From Toensbergia leucococca (Eukaryota), in the NCBI GenBank assembly GCA_022813965.1, contig JALDZS010000002.1, positions 310,001-374,000 of the forward strand: DNA of 64,000 nt, given 5' to 3'. Positions 25,321 to 38,484 of this stretch are shown in pieces. The translations under genes were made by a program, and so were the position numbers. Positions within the stretch are counted from its first letter, which is position 1. Each line of letters opens with the position of its first letter. The notes beneath the pieces are model-generated. The model did not search any database. It was not told the DNA's origin and saw only the letters and a list, made by a program, of their open reading frames with translations.

Positions 25321-28121
25321 TCAGTGCATGGTGCTGTCCACCAGTTCCCGATACATCTGCTTAACGTCAGCGACATCTGCTTCGAGTTCCCCGACCCGTT
25401 CGCTCTTCTCGCCTAGCATTTCGAGTGTAGTTTGGTATCGTTCATTGATTAGAGACATCTCAGCCTCAAGGGCTTTGATCTTCTCATCCGCAGCTCTTTT
25501 TTCTTCGGCCTCGCGCATCAGGGAAACGGCTTGCTCGCGTGCTTCGTCTCGTTGTGTGGACAATCGGTGAAGCTCATCTCTTGAAGTCGCTTTCTCGCTC
25601 TCTAACCGTCGAACTGCCGCGCTCATGCGCTCGACCAATTGTACAGAAGGCCCTGCACCAGCAGTAGAGACAGAAATCATGTCGTTGATAGTCCTTTCTG
25701 GGGTTGCTGGCGTTATGACACCGTCAAAAAAATCTTCTTGTTGATCTATCGGAGCAAAGGGGGTTTCAGGAGCGCTGCCATTGATCGCTACCTGAGGTAC
25801 CGATGACAGAGAGTTTTGACGGGATCGGCTTGAGAGTTCTGAGTTCTGTTGTATATATGCTGAAGCGCGTCGATTTTGAGGGCGCTCAGGGGTGGCAAGA
25901 GATGTCCCTCCGGAAAGGCTCGGAAGACCTTGTAGTCGGCGACTGTGTGGGCTGAACCTATCTGGTGTCGAAGCGTTTCGCTGGGAAGCTAGAGGCGAAT
26001 CTGCGCGATATTGTGGATAGAATACATCTGGCGGTCGTACATTCTCGTCTCTCGTTCTAGTCGTTTCCTCAACATGGTGAGCTTGGCGCGCCTCCGAAGC
26101 TGCTTTTTGGGCTTCGAGGTCCAATCTAGCATCGGTAAGGTCTGCCTCCACTCTCGCAAGCTTCTCGTGTATAGTTGCGAGCTGCGTGCTCCGTTCGGAG
26201 AGATTTCCTTCCAAGTTCCGTGATATAGTGGTAGCTTTATCAAGCTCTTCCTCGAGCCGCCTAGATCTAATGCTCTGTACTAAATCAATACTTGCGCAGT
26301 CTACGATTCTTTGAGACGGAGGATACATACCGTCTCTCTAGCTTTACGCCGAACGTCCGCCTCCCGCTTTGCAATATCATCTTTTTCGTTTTCCAAGGCT
26401 GTGACTCTACTAAGCAGGGATCCCTCTATACCTTGCCAATTTTCGCTAGCGATGGCGTATTGATTCTGCAGCGTTTCAACTTGGCGGAGAAGCTTTGCTT
26501 GTGAATCACCTATGGTGCCTGCGGACGCTTCCTCAATACGAGCTCGGAATGCCTCCAATCTTCTTTCTAGCACCTTTGAATTTCATCAGACTCGACCGTA
26601 CTCGAGAATCAGGCTATACTCACACCCTGCTCGCTGCGCAATTCCATCTCGGTGATTCTGGCGCGCTCCTTATCACGTTTAGCCTTATCTTTCAAGTCCC
26701 GAATCTCCACTTGGTGAATCTCATTGCTAGATTCCTTTTCCATCTTTGCCTCGGACAGCTGTTCCCTCAGTTCTGCTGTGAGCTGTCTTTCTGAGCCCAG
26801 TGAGTCAGCCAGGGCCGTTGCTTCAGCGGCCTTTGCTGCTGTCGCGACATGGGTAACTTGATTCTGCAGATCCTTTATGGTCGCGGCTTTTTGATCCCGA
26901 TCTGCTCTAAGACTCTCCAACTCTTTCTCCATATTGTACAGTGACTTGACCTTTTCGGATGCTCGCTTCTCAGCGATCTCTGCGCGGTTCGATCTTTCTT
27001 GAGCTTCTCGTATGGACTTTTCATATTTTCGAATGGTGTTCTTTGACTCGGCTGATCTAGTCTCCTCCTCGGCAGATTTGGCTCTCAGTTTTTTGATAAT
27101 ACTCATATGTTTTAACTCGGTTTGCGATAGCTTTTGACCTTCCTCCAACAGCAATGCAATCTTCTCTTCCTTTGCAGCTAGTTTTTGATCTGCACTGCCT
27201 GGCTCTGCCTCTGATGTAGCCTTTCTCGCAAAATCCACGGCTTCATTAGTCAAGTATTGCAACTTAGACTGTAGTGCATCGATACGCTCGAGGTAGAGAT
27301 GCATCTCCTCTTGCCTTCGAAGCTCAGAAACCTTATAATCCGAGCGCATTTGATTTATAATTTCCTCATACTCCGTGGGAGCCTTTAATTCTGCTCCAGG
27401 CTCGCTAGGGTCAAAATCCAGAGGATTAGAGGCTTTCACCTTGCCCAGAACGCAGTCAAAGGATTGTCGACTTGACAATGATGTCTGCGAGTCTATTGAG
27501 AGGCGTGCAACAGTAGTCTCACCAGCGATGTGTTCTGGTGGATCTACCGTAGATTGACTTGATTTGTGGGCGTCGCCAATAGCATCAACATTGTCAGAAA
27601 TTGGAGGCTCGACACTACGACCCACAGGATCAATATAGAGAGAGCCATCACCTTTCGCTCCTCTAGCTCCTTGATCCGAACTCGAACGTGGGCTATGTAT
27701 GGTGTTGGCTGGGCTGGCAGTTCGTGATGGTGGATTAGACGACGTGACTGAGCTATCGCCGACCTTAATCGCATTGCGATTGACCATAGCCTTTGCTAGT
27801 CGTTCTTGTAGGCGGTCATTCTTTCTGCTGTTCGAACGATCCCGAGAGAGACCTAATATGGTTAGAAATCCAATACCACGATAGCAGGCATAGAGTGTGC
27901 ACCATACTATCTCCTCTTGGTTTCGTGACCACAGGAGCTGCCTTTGCAGCTTCTCTCTCCACGGGTTCTGGTGCATTTCCTTTGGTCTTTGGGGGCCGGC
28001 TCGAAGTGTTCTCTTCATCTGCCAGTATGGTGTCCAGCCTCGACTCTACCCCCGCCACTGCCTGCTGTAGGAAAGATCCCCATCGTGTTGATGACTTCGC
28101 TGGTGGCGGCGGCGAAGTCAT
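25321..28121 (-). CDS. SGM1: Golgin Sgm1/TMF1 (long coiled coil with TMF C-terminal domain)
   Basis: WGSFLQQAVAGVESRLDTIL N-terminus, LLEEGQKLSQTELKH, GAGPSVQLVERMSAAVRRLESE, TTLEMLGEKSERV..LEADVADVKQMYR. Confidence 0.88.
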
Positions 28122-28575
28122 CTTTTCAGTAATGTTAGAACATCCAAGACCTCTTGCTCTCTTTCACTATGACCACATATTCTTCCTAGAATTGAGAAAG
28201 CGGACACTAAGCATGCCCACATCCGTCTTAGATCTATGTAACGTTGAATACTCGCTAGGTACTTCCAGAGTCAAGCATGATTGCTGCAAGGTTTGAAATT
28301 CACTATGTCAAAGATCCAATTGTCCAAGTAGGTAGAATATCCGTATGAGGCTAATAAAAGAATAACGTTTGCGACGAGGCGACGTATGCATCGTCGTCAG
28401 CGGCAATCTACGAGTAGAACATCATGAAATCGGCTAGGATTATTCAACAAGGATCACAGGAATTACTATTGAATTACTTCCGAACCCAATGTCGTCTATT
28501 CTGTTTCACAGATGATATTCTGCCCGGACCATTCTAGCAAGTGTGCCCAAGAACTAGCTGGAAGTCTACAGCAAT

Positions 28576-29758
28576 ATGGCAATCGCGGTGCGTCACCCGC
28601 AAGAAATATCTCCTACATTCTCCCTTGCAGGCTTCAATCCTCGTCTCGAAAATATAGTTTCAGGCGACTAAATCAGGTTAAATAGGCTGTCGGACAACTT
28701 TGCTCGACGGCGAGCATGCTGCACAACCTGCAACAATGCAAGCTACTTGTGAAAAAGGCGACTGATGCCGGTGCAAGAGTCTGTACTCCTGGAAGTCACC
28801 AAAATGTCGATCCCTTTACCGATCTTTTGACTCAATCACGCCCTCTAGGCTCTTTTCCTTCCGGAAGCGAGTGACTATATTGGCGCTTCTCCATCTGAGA
28901 CCATCGCCCTTGCTCGCTCAATCGAGGAAAGCGACTTTGTCAAAGGTCTCCAGAACGAAGCTTGTCAGTCTAAATTAGCTATTAATGTTGGGGTACATGA
29001 GCGGGCGCAGGGAGGAGAAAAAGTGAAGAACACGTTGATATGGATCGACGAGGAGGGTCAAATTGTGCAGACATACCAGAAATTGCACTTGTTCGATGTA
29101 GATATCAAGGGCGGTCCGGTGCTGAAAGAGAGCAGGTATGATCCTCAAAGTAACTCAAAGCTAAGGGTTTCAGATTGCTAATTCAGATAAGGAGTGTGGA
29201 GAAAGGCATGAAAATACAACCACCATTCGATACTGCCATTGGCCGCGTGGGGATGACTATATGTTTCGATGTTAGTCAAAATTTCCATGTCAACTCAAAA
29301 TCATCCAGGGGCCTGAAGATGATAGTCTGACTTCATCCGTCGATAGCTACGGTTCCCCGAGATTAGCCTGGCTTTGAAACGACAGAACTCCCAGGTCATC
29401 GTATATCCCTCAGCATTCACTGTGCCTACTGGCCAAGCACACTGGGAGGTCCTGCTTCGAGCTCGCGCCATAGAAACGCAAGCCTATGTCATTGCAGCAG
29501 CACAAGTAGGCGCTCACAATGAGAAACGAGTCAGCTACGGTCATTCGATGATTGTGTCGCCATGGGGTGAGGTAGTTGCTAAGCTCGGCGGCGAAAGCCA
29601 GGAGCCAGAAATTGCAACAGCCAACATCGATCTGGATATGATCAGCAAGATCAAGAGAGAGATGCCGTTGTTACGGAGGACGTAGGTTCCGTTGACATAT
29701 ATGGCCTTTGAATCATGGTATACTGACTCGACACAGGGACATTTACCCCGAGGTGTAA
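28576..29758 (+). CDS. NIT2: Carbon-nitrogen hydrolase (nitrilase superfamily), Nit2-like deaminated glutathione amidase; multi-exon
   Basis: AVGQLCST, LFLPEASDY (catalytic E), YQKLHLFDVD (K), TICFD-LRFPE (C), YPSAFTVPTGQAHWEVLLRARAIETQ. Confidence 0.9.
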
Positions 29759-30054
29759 GGCCTCGCATGTGAGATCACATGAGGCTGTGGTATTAAGAGT
29801 GGCGAACACACCTCATTCCTCGTGTACCCTTAATACTGTAGATGCTTCAGCCATGCCGTGACGAAATGATACTCCGCCGAATGTTCCGCGTCAACCGATA
29901 CGTCATCGCTAGTGAATTTGTTGCACACTCGTTACATATCACAAAGACCTGGTGATTGTTGTTGCATTGCATCCACGCAATCACTTCCGAAGAAGGATGC
30001 ATATAAGGCATTCCTTGTTCCATCCGAATCACAAACTCATCTTCAATTCAAAAA

Positions 30055-31560
30055 ATGTCTTCAATTCCCTATCATGCAGGATACCAGCCCGGCCCAAACG
30101 CGCCGCCTCAGTCGATCAATCAACACTACGGTGTGACAGACACAGCTTCTAAGCCTGCATTGGAAGACTCCAACAAGCAAACTTTTCCACAGGAACAGAA
30201 ATTTCCTTCTGGAGTAGTGCCCAATGAACCATCTCCACCACAAATGTATCAGCCCACTGGAATGTCCGATCCCGACGCTGCACCCCCTGAATACCAACAC
30301 CGACCAGGGGCCTTTCAACAGCATGCGACCCAGCCTTATGATGCTGCCAATCCTTACACCAATGCAAACTTGCCTCAAAGTTACGGTGCAGCTGGAGATG
30401 GGGCACCTCCGACCGAGAAGTATTCGGAATCACCTGCATTTCCTGCCCGCCCTTCCCAAGCTCCACCTCAAAAACGGGATCTGAATTATGGAGACGATGA
30501 CCCCTCTAGTCCTGTTCACTACACCCGAGATCCTCACAAATTGATTGCATATCTCGTTCCATTTCCCAAACCACATATCAACGGTGTGGAACCCGCAGCA
30601 ATCCCGGATCGGTTCCTCATCTACACGCCTCCGCCACCTCCACTCGCTAAGCCTGTTGAGGGTGAGAAGGAAGCGAATGTGCACAAAGTGCAACGAAAAT
30701 GGCAAGAAGAAGTCCGTGCAGCGAAGACTAGTAACGCCAAAACAGCGAGTTGGAAGGGTGTCAAGAGTAAAGCTACTCGAGGCATCAGTAAAGCAATTTC
30801 ACTCACAACAACGTCGAGTCTTGACTTCCTAACCCGTGTACCCGATGGCAAAGCCAGTGCAAATGACACACATTCAGAAGATGGAGCCCATGAAGGAGAA
30901 ACGACGCACCAGACCGTTGGGCTAGAAGAGATGGTACTCATATACCCTACTTCTTTCGGGTCAAGTCAAGAACAGGTCAAGACGGAATTCGTCAATAGCA
31001 TGCTGCGGTCCAAGACAAAAGCGCAACGCGATGCAGTCATTGCCTCTGGTTTACTCCCAGTATCATTAGCCATTGACATACTAGCGACAGTCATTTGGCC
31101 GTTCGGAGGTTTACTAGAGATTGACAGCGTGTGGGCGTACGCGTCGATTCGTGGAGCTAAGACTGCGAGATCAGTCACAAAGAGGTTAAATTCTTCGACC
31201 AAATCAGGAGATAAGCAACCCGAGTACGAAGATCAGTCGATGCAAGGAGATACTCTGAATCTAGTTATGATACCGTCTGCGCGTCTGGAAGTCCTACATC
31301 GCTACCTCAGCTCCAAGTGCTCCGATCGAGATGTAAAGCTCTTCCCAAATCATGGCGTGGCGCCGACGGAGAACGACGTCCTTTCTGCTGTCGGCTGGTC
31401 ACCATCTCACAATGCGAGTGAGAAGAACTGGGAAGATGAAGAGTGGGAGACGACAGAGGTCAAAGATGATCTGAAGGCGGTCATGACAAAAGGCTCCAAG
31501 GAATGGGATAAATGGTGCAAGGCCTTTGCTAAGGATCCTCAGAAGGCGCTGAAGAAGTAG
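30055..31560 (+). CDS. Hypothetical protein, 501 aa, intronless; Pro/Gln-rich N-terminus and one hydrophobic hairpin
   Basis: Long uninterrupted ORF with aaaATG context; ordered-looking C-terminal half (YTRDPHKLIAYLVPFPKP, WPFGGLLEID). Confidence 0.85.
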   Translation: MSSIPYHAGYQPGPNAPPQSINQHYGVTDTASKPALEDSNKQTFPQEQKFPSGVVPNEPSPPQMYQPTGMSDPDAAPPEYQHRPGAFQQHATQPYDAANPYTNANLPQSYGAAGDGAPPTEKYSESPAFPARPSQAPPQKRDLNYGDDDPSSPVHYTRDPHKLIAYLVPFPKPHINGVEPAAIPDRFLIYTPPPPPLAKPVEGEKEANVHKVQRKWQEEVRAAKTSNAKTASWKGVKSKATRGISKAISLTTTSSLDFLTRVPDGKASANDTHSEDGAHEGETTHQTVGLEEMVLIYPTSFGSSQEQVKTEFVNSMLRSKTKAQRDAVIASGLLPVSLAIDILATVIWPFGGLLEIDSVWAYASIRGAKTARSVTKRLNSSTKSGDKQPEYEDQSMQGDTLNLVMIPSARLEVLHRYLSSKCSDRDVKLFPNHGVAPTENDVLSAVGWSPSHNASEKNWEDEEWETTEVKDDLKAVMTKGSKEWDKWCKAFAKDPQKALKK

Positions 31561-31942
31561 AGCTTGAAATTGATGGCATATCGATATCACCACTGGCAAG
31601 GCACGAATGGGCTTATGACTTTTCTGTTTGAATTAAATGGTAGAACACCATAGCTTTCTCCCCGAGCTTCTCATAACGACCTGCGACTTGATCTCGATTA
31701 CTCATAGCTCAGTACTTGCGCGGTTTGTAGATTGCGTTGTAGCAAGTACGATGTCAGTTTGTTTCGTGAAGCCCCGACACTGTTTATTCCAGAACCTGGA
31801 ATTAAATCCTCGAATAGAAACAACGTCATGGCCCCGCCTCGAAAGGAAAACAAACCATCTATTTCCAAGTCCTTATTTCCAAAAGCACAATAGGCAAATA
31901 CACCACTTCAATCTTGCAATTCCCCCCAAACACCCCTCCACC

Positions 31943-33141
31943 ATGTCCAAACTCGCCAGCCAGAGCGAACCCCTAATAGATTTCACCCAGCCAGCCTTCA
32001 TCAGTAAGTCCCCAGCAACATCCCTTCACAGCAACCACAACAGCTCACATATGCATTCGTCGCCGTAGTATCCGCCCTTTCCATCGCCTTCAATCCCATA
32101 TTCTGGAAGTAAGCACCCACAGTGACTCAACTACTCCCTCGTCCAAGCCTCCATCAAAAAGAAAGCTAAACACCCCTTTCCAGCACCGTTGCCCGCAATG
32201 GTACCTACCCCTCCACACAGAAAGGCACTCCCTAAGAAAAGAAAATCACAGAATACCACCACAAAACCCTCACCAAGCTCTTCAACAACAACTCCCTCCA
32301 TGCCTGCTACTTCCTCGCCCTCACAATCTTCTCCATCGGCCTATTCCGCGACTACCTGTACCTCCCCCCCCCACTAAAAAGCAAATCGCCCTTTCTCCAA
32401 CTCCTGCCACTAACCTCCTACAGCTACGAACGCACCCTCTCCTCCCAACCCCTCTCCGCAACGCTATCCCACCCCCTCCTCCCCTACCTCGCCTACGCCC
32501 TCCTAGCCGCCGGGAACACTCTCGTCCTAAGCAGCATGTATGCCCTCGGCCTCACCGGCACCTATCTTGGCGACTATTTCGGCATCCTGATGCCTGCGCG
32601 CGTCACTTCCTTTCCCTTTAACGTCACTGATGCGCCCATGTATTACGGTTCGACGATGAGCTTTTTGGGGACGGCGATTTTGTACCAGAGGGTGGCGGGG
32701 TTGGTGTTGACGGGGGAGGTACTGGCGGTGTATCTGGTAGCGTTGAGCTTTGAGGAGTGAGTCCCCCCCTTTTTTTTTTTTAATTTGGCCTTTTTTGTTG
32801 GATTGCCGTTTTGTTTCTTTGAGATTTTAAATTAGGAATAGAGGCCTACATGAAGCAAAGAAAGCCCCCGATAGGTTCAAAGAAAACACTACACAGAAGA
32901 ATTCAAAGCGCGTGGATATCTTGTCGAATCCTGTTATTTCTCTTAACCCCCTTAATGCACCACTCCTCAAATAGAATTCCCCTGGCTCGACATCCCCCAC
33001 CCAACTCCCCCAGTCGTGCATCTCATCTCACCAAAGAAGTCTCAACCAGCTAATCAGTGAAAAAAAAATCATAGCCCCTTTACAGCCAAGATCTACGCAA
33101 AACGAGACCAAGAGATCAAAGCCGCTAAAAAAACCTCCTAA
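31943..33141 (+). CDS. OPI3: Phospholipid methyltransferase (PEMT family); multi-exon
   Basis: SIAFNPIFWN-TVARNEY, LVLSSMYALGLTGTYLGDYFGILM, FPFNVTDAPMYYGST, FEE-PFTAKIYAKR. Confidence 0.93.
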
Positions 33142-33608
33142 GTGCGCCCCACTTCCCTCCCAACATCTCCTCTAATCTGCAACGACGAAAAAGTATAAGG
33201 AGGAACAAAAACGAAGCGCCGTTTTGGCGACGGACGCTTTTAACGAACGATAACGACTTTCCATAGAAACAACCAAAAAAAGAAAGGGGTCTTGCAATTA
33301 GAGGTCATGAAGCAAGGAAGGACGAGCCCTCGAGATTGGAGCTCTTCAACACTCGCTCGCGTGGGGCGAGTGCGAAGAAAAAGGAGTTATCTCAACGAAC
33401 GCCCACGGGAATCTAGGGGGCGATACGGAGTATGTGGCAGTAAAAACTTTGGTCGTATTGGTCTACGTACCTAGATAGGTTGCGATGATGTCACATAACA
33501 TAGCTTCCATCATGTCAACATCTCATCATCTATAAACACAGCCCTACCACCATCCACATCCGCAAGTGGGGGTATCACACCCAAATCCACCTCCGCACCA
33601 CAGAACAC

Positions 33609-35524
33609 CTACGCCCTCCTTCCCCGAGTCTTCTTCGCATGCCCTCCACCCTCCTCTTCTTCCTCCTCATGCCCCTTCTTCAAATCCTCCTCCAATCCCC
33701 ACTCCTCCCGATCATACCAATCCTCGCCATCGCTCATCTCCCCTATATGCCCCTCAGCCTTGCACCACTTCAGCACCGTCTTTCGCATCCGATCCGCTTT
33801 TAAAAGTCCCTCATAAAGCCTTTCCGCGCCGCGACACACCTCCTCCTGTTTCTGCACGTACAGCATCAGTACGCGGCGCACGTCGTCGGCCTCTTGGGTT
33901 GGGAGTCCAAAGTTGCGGTCTGGGATTGCCGAGGGGGGGATTAGGTAGAGGGGGTGGATAATAGGAGGAGCCCATGTGGAGGGAGAGGGGGAGCGGGTGA
34001 GGGTGGCGGAGGCGGGGTTCGAGTTTGAAGAGGCGGCTTGTGCTTGGGCGCGGGTGGTCATACGGTGGGGGGGCGGTGGGGTGGTGGAGCTCGCTGTTGG
34101 TGCTTCTTCATCCCGTCCTTCTACTTCTGTTGCGGGAATTCTCTTTTCTTCTGAGATACCGCCGCGAGGATCAAGGTTTGCGGGATCTATTGTGTCATCC
34201 TTTGTGCCATTCGTTACCTCGAAAATTGCCGTTTCTGGTGAGGGTTCCGTGAGTTCTAGAATTTCGTTGTTGGTCCTATGAGTTGTACGCGTGTTCTCAA
34301 TAGTGCCACCGTTCAAAGGCGGTACAGTCACTATATCTTTCTCGTGTCCTAGAAGAGAAGATTTGTTGGGAGTTTCGAGAGGATATTGGGCCTCTGGAAT
34401 GCCCTTGTCCAAAACAGGACCATCAGCTTCCTCTGTAGGTTTGACAGGACCAGCTAGCGGATCTATGTCGTACTGAGGGGTTTGCATATCGACGTGTTCT
34501 GGAATCTCCACGCCGAGATGCTTGGGATCCGTAGTCCCATCGTTAGTGATTTCCATAGCATGAGTTCGAGGCTCAACATCAAGATCTTCGCGTATTCGAT
34601 CCATACTTCTAATGGGCTTATCACCGCTTTCGGGCACCGGCTCCGCAGTAGATTCGTCTTGGGCGTTCACGGGCAATTGACCGTTCGTCAAGTGTTGGTG
34701 ATTCTTTTTGGATTGCTTGGGTTGTGACCCATTGGATACAGTAGTGTAAAGTAAATCCATACCAAAAACTGCCTCGTCGTCGGCTGAGTCAAGTGCTCCG
34801 CAAGGTATCCAAGTCTCGTCCCCACGCAGCTTGGTCAATAGGTGCTTGGCACTCCAAAGAGTCTTTCGTTCTCTTTGTACCATTTCGCAAGCTTGCTGGG
34901 CCATTTCTGTCAAAGTATTGGATATATAGGGAGTCGCCAGTGATGGGTGATTAGGTAGATCCGCAGCAGAAGTCAACGGGGCGAGAAGACCTGATCGTTG
35001 TCCCAATTAGCGGATTCACAAGAGAAATAGACACAGAGTGTTTCGTACTTTCTAATCTAATGTCATTGTAAGGATTTCTAGCTGCTGCAGCTGTATCTGC
35101 TTGCTCGTCCACATCATCGTCATCAAGTTCATCACCATCGTCATCGTAACGTCTTGGATTGCGACTCAGTATATGTCTATGATATCCAGCGTGCTCAATC
35201 CCCTAGTTTGTGGTGTAAGCGACAATCTTTTTGCCCATTGCTCTTTGCGTGGGCCCGGATTTCTCACCCTTCTGTAAGCCTTCGGGCCATTTGTAAGATC
35301 CAGTTGCCCTTCGTGAACGAGCTGCGCTTTACGTTTCAGCTTGTTTCCTCGATTGCTAGGCTTGTGAAAGGAATCGTCAGAGTCGGAGGCTGTAAAGAGG
35401 GCATTTGTCAGTATTTATTCTCACATCTAAGTTCAGGTAATGAGATCTCACAGTACTGATGGCCAGAGAGTGCCCTTTTCATCCCAGCTATGGTCTCCGC
35501 AATGAGGACCGCCTGGGTTGCCAT
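33609..35524 (-). CDS. RXT2: Rpd3L histone deacetylase complex subunit Rxt2-like; multi-exon
   Basis: IAETIAGMKRAL, SNRGNKLKRKA, NPYNDIRLE-LLAPLTSAADLPNHPS, KAEGHIGEMSDGEDWYD. Confidence 0.85.
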
Positions 35525-37616
35525 GATAGGCGATAAAGGACAGTAGACAGGATCTTCACGTATGACAAGACGTGTCGAGGAGGAGTCTTCAGACGGACAA
35601 TGGCATATATTTTGTGCAAATGATATTGTCCCCACAGAAAAGTCTCCCAAACTCTTGCAGAAGCAAAAAGGAAGACAGGCAATCGTCCAAGCTAAGGCTA
35701 TTCGCGGAAATAAGCCACTTCAAGAGTAGGAGGGTGGGGCAATAGCATGGTACTATGTCTGTTCACGATAGCGTAGACTGTCAATATATTGGTGTGCACA
35801 CTTTCATAATCAGAACGAGAGTGTACGAAGACTCCCTCCAGGTCGATACACACGGTCTACGGTGGCCCATATCCTCCCTGTAGACATTGCGTCATCTTGG
35901 TCGGCCCAAGCTTCAGAGCATCCCGACATCCGTCAGGCCCTTGCCCTAGCCCTAATTCTCTTGATCTCACCTCCGCTTCTTGCTGGTTCTCGGTTTTCAT
36001 CAAGATGCTTTCTAATGTCGGTGAGCTACATCTCTCCAATGTAGCCTCGTTTACTTAGGATGAGTGCTTTTCGCACATTGACAGCTTCACTCGGCTTTGA
36101 CCGTAGTCCCATGACTTGGTCATTCTTGGGTACGAGTACTCGTACTCTGATGATTCAATGCAAAAGGCAGAACATAAATATAGCATCTCAGATCTTGGCC
36201 ATAGTCCAGTCATGCGCATCCCTGCTCCGAGATGATGTGAGTAAGAGAATCAGGTAAATTGCAGGATTTGCAAAACTTGTTGAAGGCAATGGCTCTGGGA
36301 CACATTTACACTTTATTGTCAAAGCCTTCGGGCTTGCCGAGCAGCAAAAGCTGACCTAATACGATTATACATTTCTGTTGCAAAATGAAGGGAGAATGTT
36401 GTCAATATGAATGGAATACTGGTCAAGGTTCAACACAAAATCCAACATCAAGTGTTGCATAAACGCGAGCGCGTCTGTTGCCAAAATCTAAGGCAAACGA
36501 CTTGGATAGCCGCTTGTTTCTGTGGCCAAGGCTGGTTGCACAAGGCGAACGCTTTCGGTCTGGCACCGTTTTCGTAAAACTGACATTCCTTGCTACTCCA
36601 CTTCCCACAAAGTACGCGAACGTCCAGGGTCAGCTCCACAAGCACTTGCTTTCTCTAGAGGCCCGAGCGGCTGTTGAACGTATAGAAGCTTGATATACAA
36701 GCGACTTAAGATGTTTTGGAGCGCCGTTCTGGGCTTGCATTTGTCTGCCTAAGCATTTCATCAACCGAGCTGTCCTATCACGTCCACAGAGGTCTGTATG
36801 CTACTGAACGATACTCTATAACTGGTCATGATCTGGCAGGAGAATGACTCCGCATTTGACGTTCGGCATTAATAAGCCTGTCCCGATGGACTGGGCCGAT
36901 ACTGCGTCTATCCGTCTTGGGTCCCGTTTCATTCGTAAATTTACATAGGCGGTGATGAGCTGCATGGTTTCTGTCGGTTTCTGGAGGGTTCACATTCTGA
37001 GAAGCGAATCTTTTCTTTTCCATGCCTGTGTCTCTGATCTTTTTCGCTCTTAATGTGTTATACCAACCAAATCAGGAAGCGAGGAATGTACGAGCCACAC
37101 TCAGGATCCCGTGGGGCATGTAACACACAGGCCCTGTATTTGTGTCACCAAATTGCTCATTGTGGCTGCCAGCTTGAAGAGATTGAAAAGAACACCAGGA
37201 CAACCGGTGTTAGTCCTGGTGATCTGCGAACGGGTGGGACAATCCAAAACAGCCACCGTCACCTGCAATAGATTGAAGCCCTCGTAGTACAACCAGTCTT
37301 GAGTAAGACACTCATTGGATTAGCGTTACACTAGAACAGCAAGCCTCCGTCCCCACGTTCGTCTTCAGTGTTTAGTAAGAGCTTTTCACCGCTGCATGCA
37401 ATGCCCTGTCAATGTCTATCACAAATGAAGCCGTCAAGTGAAACTAGTCTTGCTACTGAGCAGAACATCCGTGAGGTGGCCATACCCTCACCTAACGAAT
37501 CCGGCGAAAAGCTCCTAATGCGGACAGTGCCATTGGGGCATAGTACTGCCTCTCCAAAGCCTGCAGGTTCATGAAATCGGTTTACCCAACCCGTGATATA
37601 TGCGAACGATCTTTAG

Positions 37617-37701
37617 GACAAAGAATAGCCTATGAAGCTGTCAGTCGCTCCGCTCCACTTCCCCGGCTTGTGGTTTAGTCTACAGCTTCTCCGACAAAGA
37701 A
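37617..37701 (+). promoter_or_regulatory. Two TR-box-like HMG binding motifs (GACAAAGAA) upstream of the HMG-box gene
   Basis: GACAAAGAA at 37617-37625 and 37693-37701, about 0.8 kb before the ATG. Confidence 0.5.
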
Positions 37702-38484
37702 CTCTTCAAGAATCAGAGCCGCTTCGGGACCTGCGTTAGCTCCAGAAGCAATGATGATGGCTGCTCCTTGAACGTCTGGAGCCACCAGCACTAATATCAA
37801 GTTCCGGAAATCGATACAGGTGGGCCAAGTGCGGACTGCAAAACGGGTATCCGCAAGAGGTTCGTCCCATAAACTGTCGGCCGATCTACAGCTCCTACCT
37901 TAGGAAGGCAAACTATCTCTTTATTTTCCCAAGCAGCCCAAATCTAACACGCTGGTTCAGATGAACCATCGGGAACACAATAACCTTATCTGATCCCAGA
38001 GAGTCCGTCCAGAAGCCCGTCAAATTCGGCGATTCCCAGTTCAAAGATTACCCCAGGCGCTTCTCGGTTGCTTTTCTGAAGTTGAACTCACAGTTCTTGC
38101 GCTCCATAACCTCAGACAAGGCTACCTTTAGAATAGCACGCCTTCATTGCAACTCAGCCTCTAGGATTAGGGCCGCGCATATCAGAGCTGCTAAGAGGTA
38201 TTAAAGCTGCTTGCCGTCGTTGCGAAAAAGTTACAATTCATTATCAATACCCAAACGTAGCGGAGTTTTGTGTATCCACGTCCGAGGAGTGGAAGATACC
38301 GGGACGACGAGGTGGTTTTTCTTGCCCGCTGCCTCACGAATTCAGATTTGATGATTGGACACCCATCAAGAAATCTCAGACTATCTTCTTTGCATTTGCG
38401 GGCCTGCAGGAACATTCCTAGAAAGTGGTCTCAAGTTCTAGAATTATAGTTCTCTTGCTTTTCAGGACGACATCTACCGCTGCG

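Noticed and set aside
32757..33074. Long OPI3 intron as host of a structured RNA
   Set aside because: Only a short AT-rich inverted match; no box motifs identified
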